The notes under the pieces are model-generated. The model was given only the letters and a program-made list of their open reading frames with translations. It was not told where the DNA came from and ran no database searches. Below, piece by piece: positions 1-12,315 of a DNA stretch of 36,215 nucleotides; the stretch's first letter is position 1, and the number at the start of each line of letters is the position of its first letter. The DNA is from Chiloscyllium plagiosum (lineage: Eukaryota), in the NCBI RefSeq assembly GCF_004010195.1, contig NC_057719.1, positions 30,375,853 to 30,412,067 of the forward strand. Direction: 5' to 3'. The position numbers and the translations under genes were made by a program.

Positions 1-154
1 GTCGTCAAATGAAATCTCTCCCTAAGCTTTCCCTTGTCATAGTTCTGAACCCATATCTTTTCCATAGGATCAATCTTCTGTTTCCTTTATGCCATTTGCA
101 TTGAATTTCTCAACTCATTTAAAACTCTGCCTGCATTTTAAATGGCACCAGGCC

Positions 155-440
155 ACCATTACCCATGTTCTTTCTGACCTACATTGATTCCATGAGACAA
201 TGTCAAATTATCATTTTTTAAAAATCCCTGGTGGCCTCAGACCTAACTTTCAAGTCTGTACCCATTCCCCTCCTAACACTGTTCTTCACTCTGGCCTTTT
301 TCTGCACACCCCTCCTTTTACCCTATTTAGCAGCTATGCCTTTCACTATCTATTTGTCACAATTTGGAGTTCCTACATAAATCTTTTTTGCTTAAGTTAT
401 TACATTCTGAAACAATCTCTCCTAATAAGCCTTTCTTGAT
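155..440 (+). mobile_element. Old L2-like LINE 3' fragment (EML5 intron)
   Basis: Decayed L2 ORF2 C-terminal motifs: cattacccatgttctttctgacctacattga (HITPVL.DLHW-like), aaaatccctggtggcctc (KSLHGL-like), tgcctttcac (AFS), tggagttcc (WNSLP-like). Recognised by eye only. Confidence 0.5.
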
Positions 441-562
441 TCTGTCTCCCATTTTTGTTTAGTCATGTATGATGAACTGCTGTGCAATTTGTTTTACTGT
501 TTTAAAAAAGATACTAATTCATTCAATTTGCTCTAACATACACATTGCTGCATAGCTGATAA

Positions 563-736
<174 letters not shown>

Positions 737-880
737 TGAAAAAAAAGACAAGGTATTAGTGTAGGAATAAGTGTTTAGAAATGCAATGTACTGAGTAAAC
801 AAAACTCCAAGAAGCTAAATGTCATTTCAAGAATTTATATTTAAAAAAGACTAAATTTTTATTTTTTTCCCCAATTCAAG

Positions 881-905
881 TTTGTTTGTCTGGAAATGTT
901 TATGA
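881..905 (+). CDS. EML5: EML5 terminal coding exon (S)LFVWKCL*
   Basis: Polypyrimidine tract and acceptor ttttttccccaattcaag| at 880. The phase-2 join with the previous exon gives AG|T Ser, then TTG TTT GTC TGG AAA TGT TTA TGA, matching the EML5 SLFVWKC terminus. Confidence 0.88.
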
Positions 906-3189
906 AAATAGAAACAAAGAATACAAATGGCCATGAGAAAAAGCTTGGATCATAAAAGAAGAATCAAGATATTCATTACAAAATAAAGCTGGAAATGCTC
1001 AATGTATGAACATAAGGCAGCTAAGCACTATCTGCAAAACAATTTAAGAAGGCAGTTTGCTTTCAAAAGTATAAGATGATTTTCAGCTATCTTGGTTTAA
1101 GGCAATTTGTCAGATTTTCTACTGCACAGCTTTGTGTATATTGATGCAGTTGTAACAGTGTTCACGAACTTTAGGGCAGAGCTTGTATTCAAACTTCAAT
1201 ACTGGTGTACAAATTATTTTGACCATTCTACATCTATGGTCCTGTTGTCAAGGACACAATTGCTAAACAATCGTGTGGCAATGCCATGAAAATGGTTAAT
1301 TGAGTTCTATCAATATACAAATGAACAACATGCTGTAAGTATACTGCTAGTTATAACACAAGCTTAATATCTTCACTTTGTGCTGTAGTGGATTTGATAA
1401 GTAGCCTTAAAACAATGTGCTTTTCAAAATGTTGTAATGCTGCTGTCTTCTGAACAGACAGAATGGTATCTAGTGGCCTTCATCCTGAATGTACCAGCTG
1501 AGTAAAATTTGAATCAGTGTAAAATCTGAAGCAAGCATGCCAAAGTACACTATGCACTACTGTACCAATCACTGTGGCAACCTGAACAATTACATTTAGT
1601 TCAGTGTATAAAATGTTTCTAATTTTTATCATGTATTTGCAGGTATAAAATTGGCAATCCTGCAAATTATTATAATTTTTCCATTTATATAGTATACAAA
1701 TGAAATGCAGTTTCTTAAAGCACATAGTAAATGTGTGTTGTTTTGATGTGTATTCTACATATTAACAGCATCCCAGGGTGCAGTGTTATGAAGAATCACT
1801 AACTGTTGAACTGCTGGTTGTCTAAGTTTAACTGACGTCAAGCTTTGAGTAATAGCTAAACAATTTCTGTAATGTTAATATATATAATGAATAGAGTAGA
1901 AATTTATTGTCACATGTACTTTTACATGAAAAATAGTGAAAAGTTTTATAAGTTGCCCCACCATGGCACCTACATCAATGACAATGTTTCATATGTTAAC
2001 TAAAAGCAAACTAAATACCTGTACTGTTTTAATACTTAATATTTTATTCATCTATAATAAGTCCATTTGAATGGTTTATTGATGTAAATTTAATCATTGT
2101 GAAATTATACTGAATGAGTTTAAATCAGTTTCAAGTAATTGCACTGTTGGTAATTATATTTTACTATAACTTATGCAATATCAAATGGCATTATTGTAAT
2201 ACTTGAAATTATGCATTGTGCCATTGAAGTGAATGAAATTTAACCATTATGATTTCCTGATTTTGTTGTACCTCTTGTAATTCCCAATCATGTTCCGGAG
2301 AAATCAATGACATGAAAAGACAATTAGGCAAGAAAAGGATTCCTAATGGAGTTCTGCTAATGAATTTGACTATTGCACAAGAAAATCAAAACATTACTAA
2401 CTTCCTCAGTATGGTCTTCTGTAGAACGAAATAAAATGTTGCAAGGGGAAATACAAGAAACATTTTTCAGAAAGTGCTGTTAATTGAGATGCATTGATTC
2501 AAAATAATGTACTTAAAAGATCTAAATGCTGACATCACACCATATAATTACTCAAATATAAGTGGAAATGTAAACACCTATCAAGATAATCCAGTTGTAT
2601 GTTTTGTGCCTGTAGGTACTAAATCTTACTTCTCAGGCACATTTTGACTTGAAACATTTGAGCATTTGCAAACAAGCCACAAGTTTGGGTCTATGCAAGT
2701 AGTGGAACAGAATCTACCTGCCGATGGAGATTGTACAGTTGGTTTAAAATTATTTTGTATTCAACTAGTTGTCTTATTACTGGCAATCATAGTTTTATGT
2801 CATTAAACAAGACTGCAAGCAATTTTGTAACAAAAAACAGAGTTCTTTCATTTGCAAATAATGCCATCATTTCAATAACTAACTTCAAATGAGGAGCCAG
2901 GTGAAGCCAAGACAAACATGCAACTTAGTTACTGCACTTAACCATATTTCAAGGCACCAGACAATTCCCAACCTGAATAATTTTTTTAAAAACTGATTTC
3001 AAAACCCAATGGAAATAAAATATAGCTTATAAAATAATATTCAAGTTGATTGTTTTTTTCTGTCACAAAAATAGTTTCAGGAAGTGTTGTGCCTTAAATT
3101 TCAACTGCTGTGGTTTCAAATTCCTGGGCCATAGTGTGGCATAACTGGATCCCTTTTGGACAGTGGTAAAGTTCAGTGTTCAAGAAGAA

Positions 3190-3341
3190 TAGAGGAACCT
3201 CGACTATCCCAATGACACGGATGGGGAGTATTTTGTTCGGATAATCGAATGCCAGATAACACAGTTTAGCCAAGAATCGGGACCTTGCGATCTTATTCGG
3301 ATAATCCCGATTCAAACTATCTGAATTTCGAAGTTCCTCTG
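3190..3341. mobile_element. pogo/Tigger-like (Tc1-mariner) MITE
   Basis: Inverted ends tagaggaacctcga (3190) / tcgaagttcctctg (to 3341) followed by TA; internal repeated ttcggataatc motifs; CpG-rich relative to the AT-rich flanks. Confidence 0.7.
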
Positions 3342-3875
3342 TAAATAGTTATTGTTTCTGTAGAACAATTACAATCAAAGGGATTTAACACTAATTACAA
3401 TGTTAATCTATGACTAATTTAAAAAACATTGCTGAATGACAAGTATGACCAATGTAAGTGACCCTAAATACAGGAATTACAAATAAACAATACAACAGTA
3501 ACTGATTCATTAAACAAGTGCCTTAAATCAATTTTTACTGTAGAATTTTTTTTAACAAAAGGGATGTTACATCAGACAATGGCATTTCTCTTTGGATATT
3601 TCATCATCCAGTAGAAAACTCTAGAACAGCACAAAACAAGTTACAAAATGTATCTTTAAAACCCACCACTGAATAACCTTAGTGAGGCTGCATCTATGTA
3701 TGGGAAAAATGATCAAGCAATTCACACTGGGGAGAAAGTTATTTTTAACATCAAAATCTTTTTGACTTTCAATGTTAAACAATATTGAAAAATAATACAA
3801 AATTGTAAAATGCTACATCTTCAAACATTTGCAGCCTTATATCCACAATATGCGATCAAGCACGATCCAAATCGA

Positions 3876-3882
3876 TCATTCA
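3876..3882 (-). CDS. ZC3H14: ZC3H14 terminal coding micro-exon (G)E*
   Basis: Minus strand ttctttttactctttcag|T GAA TGA. The phase-2 join with the upstream exon (GG|T) gives ...RPQQNGE*, equivalent to human ...RPQTSE*. Confidence 0.8.
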
Positions 3883-4113
3883 CTGAAAGAGTAAAAAGAA
3901 GTCTCAATTCATTTTATGAATAAAAGCTATTATCTTACAGATCCTGCTTATGAAGCCAATATTTTGCTTTGTTTTTACAAAATGTAGATCTAAAGGAGCA
4001 TGCAATCAAAACCTGTAAAAGGATGCCTACATTAATATGCTCCAACTTTTGTAATATTTACTGAACTTACATTTACATAATCTACAAAGTTTTTACTTCA
4101 CAAAGTTATTTAC

Positions 4114-4223
4114 CCATTTTGTTGAGGCCTGGTCCATTTTAATGCATGGCGAGGAGGTAATGTAACTGCAGGATGGTAGAATGTGCAGTCAGCTCTCTTA
4201 CAGTGGGTGCTGAATCGACATGG
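4114..4223 (-). CDS. ZC3H14: ZC3H14 (Nab2 orthologue, CCCH zinc-finger polyadenosine RNA-binding protein) penultimate coding exon
   Basis: Acceptor ttgttctcag| and donor GG|gtaaat. 110 nt translating PCRFSTHCKRADCTFYHPAVTLPPRHALKWTRPQQN(G): a C-x5-C-x4-C-x3-H finger plus the diagnostic PPRHALKW tail of ZC3H14. Confidence 0.93.
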
Positions 4224-4311
4224 CTGAGAACAACATAACAATAGAGTCACAACTCTGTTTTATATTTTCACCTAAATAAATCCTCTTATTGTTTCAAGTT
4301 AATTTGCATAC

Positions 4312-4394
4312 CTTTGGGTGGATAAAAGGGCACTCGACCTTTTTGCAATCTGGAAAAAATCGACACAAAGAACTGCTTGGATTTGTTGCGGGTG
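4312..4394 (-). CDS. ZC3H14: ZC3H14 coding exon with CCCH finger
   Basis: Acceptor ttcttgttctgcag| and donor AAG|gtatgc. 83 nt (2+81) translating PATNPSSSLCRFFPDCKKVECPFIHPK, matching human SSSQLCRYFPACKKMECPFYHPK; in frame with the next exon. Confidence 0.92.
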
Positions 4395-5567
4395 CTGCAG
4401 AACAAGAATTCTTTTTAAAAAATGCATTGTGAACAAGTCCGAAGTCAATAATTAAATAATAGACTTATGGTAAAAAAGTGAAAGCAGAGTAAAATGCCAG
4501 TAATTTCAGTTTACTGGGTTTATGCACTAAACTTTTACTAAGCACAAAATGTGAATTTTTTTAATAGATTAATTCCAATATTCCATTATAATTGAAGCAA
4601 ACTTTGCAAATTAGTGATACAGTAATTGTACATACCACTGCCCCTCCACCATGGGGAGGCACTGCATCCCCACAACTTAGATGCGCATTTACAGTACAAT
4701 AAAGTTATTCTAATTAATGTGGAACAAGGAATTTAGAAGAGAAAAATTGAAAAAAATAAAGAGACTGCAAGACTCAAATTCTGATACAAATTACATCTGC
4801 TTGAATCATACTATGCTGTCTTGAGACAATAGGATTACTTGACTTAAAAAATCAATGTCTCTCCCACTGCCTCGTGAATGTCGGGCACAAGTGAAAATCA
4901 CAGCAGTACAATCTATGCAGTTCATGACACTGCCATTTCCCAGAGATTCATCAGTTTCAAATTGGAGCCTGATTTTAACATGTCCTATTGCACAAAGTTT
5001 GAGAAACTGATAGGCAGGCCTTCCACTATCAACTTGATGGTATCAGATGTTATGAATTACAAAATGCACTTAGAATCAAATAAATTGCTTTGCTTATAAA
5101 AAAAGATCCAAAATTCACACGCAATATTTAATGCCACAGTACAGCATTCTAGGATCCGAAGGATGGCAGTGGAATTGAAAAAGCCAGAAGTGTGGCAAGT
5201 CCTTGCCAGCATTTTAGTAGTAACACAAAGATGTGCTCAAGTAAAAGAACATTGCGTCAATATGAATAATAATCTTGTATGTAATACAAGAAACAGCATC
5301 TGAAATCACAATGCATTTGAAGTTATTTACTTTCTTATTGAAAAAGGATTTGTACGTCTAAAACCAAATCATCATATATACCAATGCATATAAACAAATC
5401 ATTTCATTTAAATGTAAGAGAATCATCTGTGAATTTAAAATATTGACGTTAACAGGTAATGCAACCACAGGGCACAAGGCTACACAACCATCCCATTGCT
5501 GCTACATTGAATGGCCTCATCTGATTGCCTTAGTAGGTAACTGCTGTGTGTTGTGACACTACGTTAA

Positions 5568-5654
5568 AAGATTTCTCAGTAACAAACCCAAACAAGCAGA
5601 CAAAACGCATCCTGAAACCCCAGCCACTCTCCCCTACATCAAAGACATCTCGGA
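5568..5654 (+). mobile_element. Penelope-like (Poseidon-type) fragment running into gap 1
   Basis: ctcagtaacaaacccaaacaagcagacaaaacgcatcctgaaaccccagccactctcccctacatc is near-identical to 36001-36065 of the Penelope element in the PTPN21 intron. Confidence 0.85.
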
Positions 5655-6154
5655 NNNNNNNNNNNNNNNNNNNNNNNNNNNNNNNNNNNNNNNNNNNNNN
5701 NNNNNNNNNNNNNNNNNNNNNNNNNNNNNNNNNNNNNNNNNNNNNNNNNNNNNNNNNNNNNNNNNNNNNNNNNNNNNNNNNNNNNNNNNNNNNNNNNNNN
5801 NNNNNNNNNNNNNNNNNNNNNNNNNNNNNNNNNNNNNNNNNNNNNNNNNNNNNNNNNNNNNNNNNNNNNNNNNNNNNNNNNNNNNNNNNNNNNNNNNNNN
5901 NNNNNNNNNNNNNNNNNNNNNNNNNNNNNNNNNNNNNNNNNNNNNNNNNNNNNNNNNNNNNNNNNNNNNNNNNNNNNNNNNNNNNNNNNNNNNNNNNNNN
6001 NNNNNNNNNNNNNNNNNNNNNNNNNNNNNNNNNNNNNNNNNNNNNNNNNNNNNNNNNNNNNNNNNNNNNNNNNNNNNNNNNNNNNNNNNNNNNNNNNNNN
6101 NNNNNNNNNNNNNNNNNNNNNNNNNNNNNNNNNNNNNNNNNNNNNNNNNNNNNN
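5655..6154. other. Assembly gap, exactly 500 N
   Basis: Run of N; the round size suggests an unsized scaffold join. Confidence 0.98.
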
Positions 6155-6404
6155 ATCTATTGCAAATGCATCTCTTTGTTCATGGTATTATAGGAGTCAT
6201 TACTGCACAGTCCTTGTAGAGTCAAACTTCCAGCTTCATAGTGAGGACACCCTCCGTTGTATTGTGCAGCACTATAACTGTTTTAAATAGTATTTGGTAA
6301 TAGTTTTCAGTTTTCTATAATACTAATAAAGTTCTCACTATTGTTCTCCTAAATTCAGATTGTTGTGGTGCGTCTTGAGAAACTACCAAGAGTTTCAGAA
6401 TTAG

Positions 6405-6512
6405 AAGCCAGGGAAATTATAATGGGGAAACAAAGAAATAGCAGCAGAGTTGAAAACTTGCAGTGGTTCTGTCTGCACAAAAGAGGGCACAAATAGTTTT
6501 GCAGAAATGTTG
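6405..6512 (+). mobile_element. Short CR1-like ORF2 fragment
   Basis: gggaaattataatggggaaacaaagaaatagcagcagagttgaa...tctgtctgcacaaaagagg resembles the CR1 'EMA..LN.YFASVFT.E' region (compare MVEILNEYFASVVSEE at 18872). Confidence 0.5.
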
Positions 6513-8101
6513 TGGAGATCACAGCGGGTCAGAGAGCAAGCGAACGTTTCCAGTCAGCTGACTCTTCATCACAGCTGAAGTGAAATGTGGAGGGGATAAC
6601 ATTTATGTTATATTTTGGAGGGAGGCAAGATGGGGTGGGGATTGGGGATAGTGGGTGTCGTGTACCAGTTGGAGAAAGATGTTGATAGTTCAGATTAAGT
6701 GATTGGAATGGGAGAATGGCAGAACAATGCTGTGTCTGCTGCCAGACTTGAAAAGACAGACAGTCCCACTGGAATGGGGGAAGGGGAGAGAGGACATGAT
6801 GACAAGCTAAAAGAAAAGGAAGAAATCATTCACAATTTGAAGGTGTTGAACTCAATATTAAGTTCAGAACGCTGTAAAGTGCCTCATCTGAAGATGAGCT
6901 GTTGTTCGTCCAGTTCGCACTGTGATTCACTGGAACACTGCAGCATACCATGGACAGACATCTGGCATGCGAGCAGGACACTGTGTTAAAATGACCAGCT
7001 GCAGGAAGGTCAGGATCCTGCTTATGCATGGACTGGAGGTGTTCTGCAAAGCGGTCACGCAGTCTGCGTTTGGTTTCTCCAATGTAGAGTAGGCCACATT
7101 GGGTGCAGCGAATACAGTCCACAAGATTGGAGGAGGTACAGGTGAAATGCTTATTCACCATAGAAAGATTGTTTAAGTCCTTGCATGATGAACAGGGAGG
7201 AGGTAACCTTTTGTGGTTACATGGGAAGATGGCATGCGGAAGAGGGGGTGGTGTTGGTGGTTGTGGAATGGACTAGCGTGTTCCAATGGGAATAATTCCT
7301 ACGAAATGCAGATAGGGGAGTGAGGGGAAGATGAGTTTGGTGGTGGCCTTCTGCTGGAGTTGTCTGAAATTGCACAGAATGATCCTTTGAATGTGGAGGC
7401 TGGGGGTATGAAAAGTGAGGACAAGGAGTACACAATCATGCTGTTGTGAGTGATGGGAAGGGGTAAGGACAAAAGCACAGGTGGTAGGTCGAATGTGGTT
7501 GAGGACCCTGTCAACCAGTCATCAGGGAAGAAGCAAGTAATGTTAGCAGCGCTATTTTGGAAGGTGGCATCATCTGAACAGATGTGACATAGGTGAAGGA
7601 ACTGGGAGAATGGGATGGAGTCCTTGCAGGACATAGGGTGTAACAAACTGTCATGAAGGTAGCGATGGCAGTGGACAGTTTATTCCCTGAAATAGAGGCA
7701 GGGAGGTCAAGGAAAGGAAGCAAAGTGTCAGAAATGGACGATGTGGAAGTTATAGAGGATTGGAAATTGGAGGCAAAATGAATGAAGTTCTCAAGGTCCC
7801 AGCGGGAGCATGAAGCAATCATCGATGTACCAAAGAAAAAGTTGTGGAAGGGGCCAGTGTAAGACTGGAACAAATATCATTCCACATACCCCATAAAAAG
7901 GCAGGCCTAACTAGGACCCATGCAGGTGCCCATAGCCACTTCTTTGACTCGGCAGAAGTGAGTTGAATTACAGGAGAAATTGTTCAGTGAGAGAGCAAGT
8001 TCAGCCAGGCGGAGGAGAGTGGTGGGGGATGGGGATTGTTCGGCCTCTGGTCGAGGAAGAAGCCGAGAGCTCTCAGACCATCCTGGTGGGGAATGGAGGG
8101 A

Positions 8102-8319
8102 TAATTGGTTCTGATTTAACGCGATAGTTCCATTTTTGTGTGATCTTGCGTTATGTTAAAATTGTGGAAAAACCTTGCCATTTAAACTAATTGGGCTGGA
8201 ATTGCATTGCAGCCATACAGGTAAGGAAAGCTCGCATTCTAGAAATAACTGTCAAAATTTCTCAATCACATTAAAGCCACTTTGCATTGAAGAAACACAC
8301 ATCATAGCAGAACCGACTG
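8102..8319. mobile_element. pogo/Tigger-like MITE inserted in the Penelope RT
   Basis: Right end tagcagaaccgactg|TA and degenerate left end ..ggttctgatttaacgcg. Removing it rejoins the RT motif SLY-TSIPH. Same family as 22960-23493 (shared ccatttaaactaat.ggg..ggaat). Confidence 0.75.
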
Positions 8320-8759
8320 TATAGAGGGATTGGCCATTCATGGTGAACAGAAGTAGATAGGGCCAGGTAACTGGAAATTGTCAATATGGTGGAGGGCATC
8401 AAAAGAATCACGGATACAGGTGGGCAGGGTCTGGACATGTAGTGAGAGGATGGAGTCAATGTAAGAGGAAATGAGCTCAGAGGGGCAGGAACAGGCTGAT
8501 ACCAGGGCAGTCTGGTTGTGGATTTTTGGGAAGGAGGTAGAAGCGGGCTGTCTGAGGTTGGGAGACTACAAGGTTGAAGGCAATGGGAGGAAGATCTCCG
8601 GAGGTATTGAGGTCAGCGACAGTCCAGGCATATTCTGATCACTTAATCTGAACTATCAACATCTTGTCTCCACCAGAACCGTACACCCACTAGCCTCAAC
8701 CATAACCCCTCACTTCCCCAAACTATAACATAAATGCTATCCCCTCCACAGTTTACTTC

Positions 8760-8798
8760 AACTCTGATGAAGGGTCATCTAGACGTGAAACATTAGCT
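8760..8798 (+). ncRNA. Minimal hammerhead ribozyme core in Penelope terminal repeat (degenerate)
   Basis: CTGATGA (8764-8770) - AGGGTC atcta GACGT - GAAA (8787-8790) - CATT|AGCT. The inverted partner at ~6540-6576 keeps GAAACGTT but has GTGATGA. Confidence 0.6.
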
Positions 8799-9254
8799 TG
8801 CTGTCTCTCCATGGATGCTGTGTGATCTCCAGCATTTGTTGTTTTCAGTACCAATTCCAGCATCTGCAGTAATTTGCTGCTAGATTCAGGGGAGAGTAGT
8901 CTAGGACAGTTATGTATAAAAAAAAAGCTTTCAGTCACAACTATGTACCATCACTCAATTTTAAAACTTACATCTAATATTTGCCCTTAATTTTGTTTCC
9001 GTGTGTACATACCAGACATATTATTCTCATCCATATAAGATTTCTATTATCTCACTGCACATTATAAGTCACCTCCTTGTTTCTCTCAGCCACTCCCTGG
9101 ATGAGTCCTTTGTCCTAGTTTCATTCCTAATCCTGTCAAGAATGCATTTGCTACTTTTCTGTTCTGTTTACAACTTATTTTACAAAAGAAACACAACTGT
9201 AACTGTTTAATCCTTTCAAGGTCATTGCTGCACGTCCACAATGTTACCAGAAAG

Positions 9255-9375
9255 CAAATCATGAACTGCAAGGAAGATAGTGATGGATCTAAAAAGGATA
9301 TAGACTAGCTGGTGGAATGGGTGGCTACGCCAAATGAAAGTTAATGCAAACAGGTGTGAGATATTGTGTTATAGG
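9255..9375 (+). mobile_element. Old CR1 RT fragment
   Basis: gaactgcaaggaagatagtgatggatctaaaaaggatatagactagctggtggaatggg...gttaatgcaaacaggtgtgag corresponds to the CR1 'LQ.D.D.L..WA...QM.FN..KCE' region. Confidence 0.6.
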
Positions 9376-9969
9376 TTATCTTTATTAACTCATTCACCAG
9401 CTCACTGTATTCATTAATACCAGGTTCCTGTTCATTCAGTCATAACCCTTTATGAAGCCGTAATTTACCAATTCATTCATTCATAAAACCGTGGTTCTAT
9501 AGTATGTTTTACTATCCAAATTTAAAACAACCCTTTCTAATAATACTGCATTCTCACACCTTGTCAGCCCTTGCTACAACCAGTGTTTACCTCTGAATAA
9601 GTGTAGCAAAAAGAACAATACTATTCCCCTCAAGTCAAAACATTATAATATTAATCAGCCCTAACCAACCTTCTCCTGGACCTGAATAAATTCACCAATT
9701 AGTAAGTACCTGTACCTGTTAAATACCTTTTAACTAGGCCATTATCCCATTAAGAAAATAACTGACAAAACAGTGCTTCCATGAAACTGCATGAATGAAT
9801 GAAACTCATACCGGCAAATAGTATAAATCTCACAACCCAGATGCAGTAATCAGTTTAATATCTTTTATTAAGTACAGGTACAATTTCTAAATTATTTAGA
9901 GCATATAGGCCTCGTATTTTTACTAACGTTTACTAACTTAGACAGAAGGACGAACACCTCTTAATTATG

Positions 9970-10165
9970 ATGCAGAGATGCCAATGTTGGACTGGGGCGG
10001 ACAAAGTTAAAAATCACACAACGCCAGGTTATAGTCTAACAGATTTTGTAAGATTTTGGAGCGTTGCTCCTTCACAGCTACCTATTGAAGAAGCAGCGCT
10101 CTGTAAGCTTCTACTTCTAAATAAGTAGTCCTGTTGGACTATAACCTGGTGTTGTATGATTTTTA
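9970..10165. mobile_element. ORF-less Penelope terminal-repeat mini-insertion (inverted arms) with 14-bp TSD
   Basis: gttaaaaatcacacaacgccaggttatagtctaacag is inverted against ctgttggactataacctggtgttgtatgatttttaac. TSD acctcttaattatg (9956-9969) / acctctgaattatg (10166-10179). Same repeat as the 3' end of the element at 24496-25710. Confidence 0.8.
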
Positions 10166-10469
10166 ACCTCTGAATTATGCAAGCAGACTGGATAGACTCT
10201 CTTAATCCCATCAGAGGTAGCAGCCAACATTTAGCACGTTTTAACCCATCTCCTTCAAATGAGCCCTTCAAACCTTTTTTTACTATAGATAAAACAATGT
10301 AACAACATAGTAGTGGAATTTTTTAAATGTAAGAACTGTGTATAAAGGGGCTCTTGTAAGAACTGTGTTTTGGGATTGTATTGCTCCTTAAAACTTGTAC
10401 TGTATTTGCTGAATAAAAGAGGCTATTTTCACCACTGACCAATTTTGGTCATTATTTGAACACAATCCC

Positions 10470-10800
10470 ACATATGTGTAAAATGATAGGAGGAGGAGCA
10501 GTGTAAAATTAGGGGTACAAATTAATGGGGACCAGCAGAACTAGATGTACATATTCACAAATAAATAAAGGTAACAAGGCAGTTTGAGAAATTAGTTAAA
10601 AAGGGCTTTATATGGAGAGGTCTAGAGTACACAAAATAGAAGTTACATTGAATATTTGCAAAACTCTGGATTGATTTCAATTCAAGTGTTGCATTAATTT
10701 TGTTTACTTCACTTTAGGAAAGAAATGAAGGTTTTAGATGGGTTGCAGGAAGCATTTCTAAAAATAGTTCCAAGGAAAAGATGGATTCAGGCATCAAATC
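10470..10800 (+). mobile_element. Old CR1 3' ORF2 fragment
   Basis: Decayed homology to the CR1 at 14495-15421 (ggcagtttgagaaattagttaaaa, gagtac, cactttaggaaagaaatgaagg, gggttgcaggaagcattt). Confidence 0.55.
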
Positions 10801-12230
10801 AGAAATTCTGACCCTTTTAAGATTTTTATATCAGCAGAGTGCAATTTTTAGATACAAATAGTTGACCTGTCTTCTTTATAATGTCCAAGCAATTGTTGTT
10901 GTAAAGTTATAGATTAATGTGACTGGTTTTCATCTCCTCATCTCATTTGCTCTCAGGAAACAGTGGTCATGAGGCCAACTGTATTTCATACTGTAATATA
11001 TGCTTCAAGAACCACGATTAAATGTGTTCAATGCCCCAGCCTCCACTATTCTGTGGGAAAGAAAAATCTAAAAAAGCTCCATATTTTTCACATTTGTCCC
11101 CTAGGTCTAGATTCACCTACAAGGTAACATCCTCTTAACATCTACTGTGCAATTCCTCTCATAATCTTCAAACTTTCAAATGATTGTTCCTCAATCTTCT
11201 AAACGTCAAAGAGTATGGGCCCAACTTGTGCAACACTTAGTCACGATACCATTTCATCACAAGAATATATTCGTAAACTTTTTCTTAACTATTTCCAATG
11301 CAAGTATTTCTGGTGCAATACACTTATTTAAACCGGGGGCAGATAGGAGATTTAACAATGTTAAAAATATGTTCAAATTGATTACACATGTTGGATATCA
11401 GAAACGTTAGTGAGGGGAAAAATACATTAAAAGGATTTATTTTTGTGGGGTCTTCTGACTGAATATTATTTGAAAAGCACCAGAAAAGACCAAGACATCA
11501 AGTCCACTGCTACCCATTGTGTTGCTCATCTACACAAATCCACTCTTTTAAAAAATGTTGAGCATAAAGTTCACCTAATCACATTTTTCAATGTCTCTGC
11601 AATCATTTCTTGAATATAAGTTCACAAACTAACGAGTAGAAAACTGTCAGAAAATAGTGAAGCAACTTGGAAAAATTGGTTACTCAGCACATATCAAATA
11701 CATTCACCTCACATAACATTCTGTCAAGCTCAAATCCCAACTTTTGGGAGAGACTGAGACATTTAAATAAAAACATTAAGACATTGAAATACATGAAACA
11801 TTTGACTGGATAAATATAATTGTTATTATGAAAATAAAATCTTGTGGTATTAAAAAAGGTTTGCTTGTAATTTTTGGAACCGAACTTTACAACATCAGAG
11901 AGAAAAAGATAGATGGAAAGTTTCATGAAGTTGTGAAAACTACCACGCCACTGTGTAGGTATTTGTGATTACATGATGCCAAGTTTATAAAAAATCATAG
12001 TAAGACAATTTGCATAAATTTGACAAATATAATAGGAAGTAAAACAATGTGACAAATGCCAAATTTCAAAGAAAATATACAATTATCACATACTGTGCAA
12101 AACACCAGATTAGGAAGTTCCTGTCATATAGGTAAAAACAAGGGCTGCAGATGCTGGAAACCAGATTCTAGATTAGAGTGGTGCTAGAAAAGCACAGCAG
12201 TTCAGGCAGCATTCGAGGAGCAAGAAAATC

Positions 12231-12258
12231 GACATTTCGGGCAAAAGCCCTTCATCAG
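12231..12258 (-). ncRNA. Minimal hammerhead ribozyme core (Penelope terminal repeat, left arm)
   Basis: Minus strand CTGATGA-A-GGGC-TTTT-GCCC-GAAA-TGTC: conserved core with a perfect 4-bp stem II and a GUC cleavage triplet; C>T in the stem III palindrome. Confidence 0.7.
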
Positions 12259-12315
12259 GAATAGAGGCAGAGTGCCTGCAGGGTGGAGAGATAAATGAGA
12301 GGAGGGTGGGGGTGG

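Larger units (their letters stand above)
6513..8880 (-). mobile_element. Penelope-like retroelement (Neptune-type, RT + GIY-YIG), decayed, with inverted terminal repeat
   Basis: Minus strand: RT motifs SLY(T)SIPHQDGLRALGFFL, LAELALSLNNF, VAMGTCMGPS*ACLFMGYVE and a YIDD-like motif (~7820); GIY-YIG CIRCTQCGLLYIGETKRRLRDRFAEHL (ORF 6826-7161). 6515-6708 is an inverted copy of 8631-8831. Confidence 0.9.

Noticed and set aside
4850..4955. Possible intronic H/ACA snoRNA on the minus strand (short stems, terminal ACA)
   Set aside because: No ANANNA H box between the hairpins and the stems are weak; would need an Infernal or snoReport hit.
5546..6193. 215-aa ORF
   Set aside because: Artefact of reading through the N gap.
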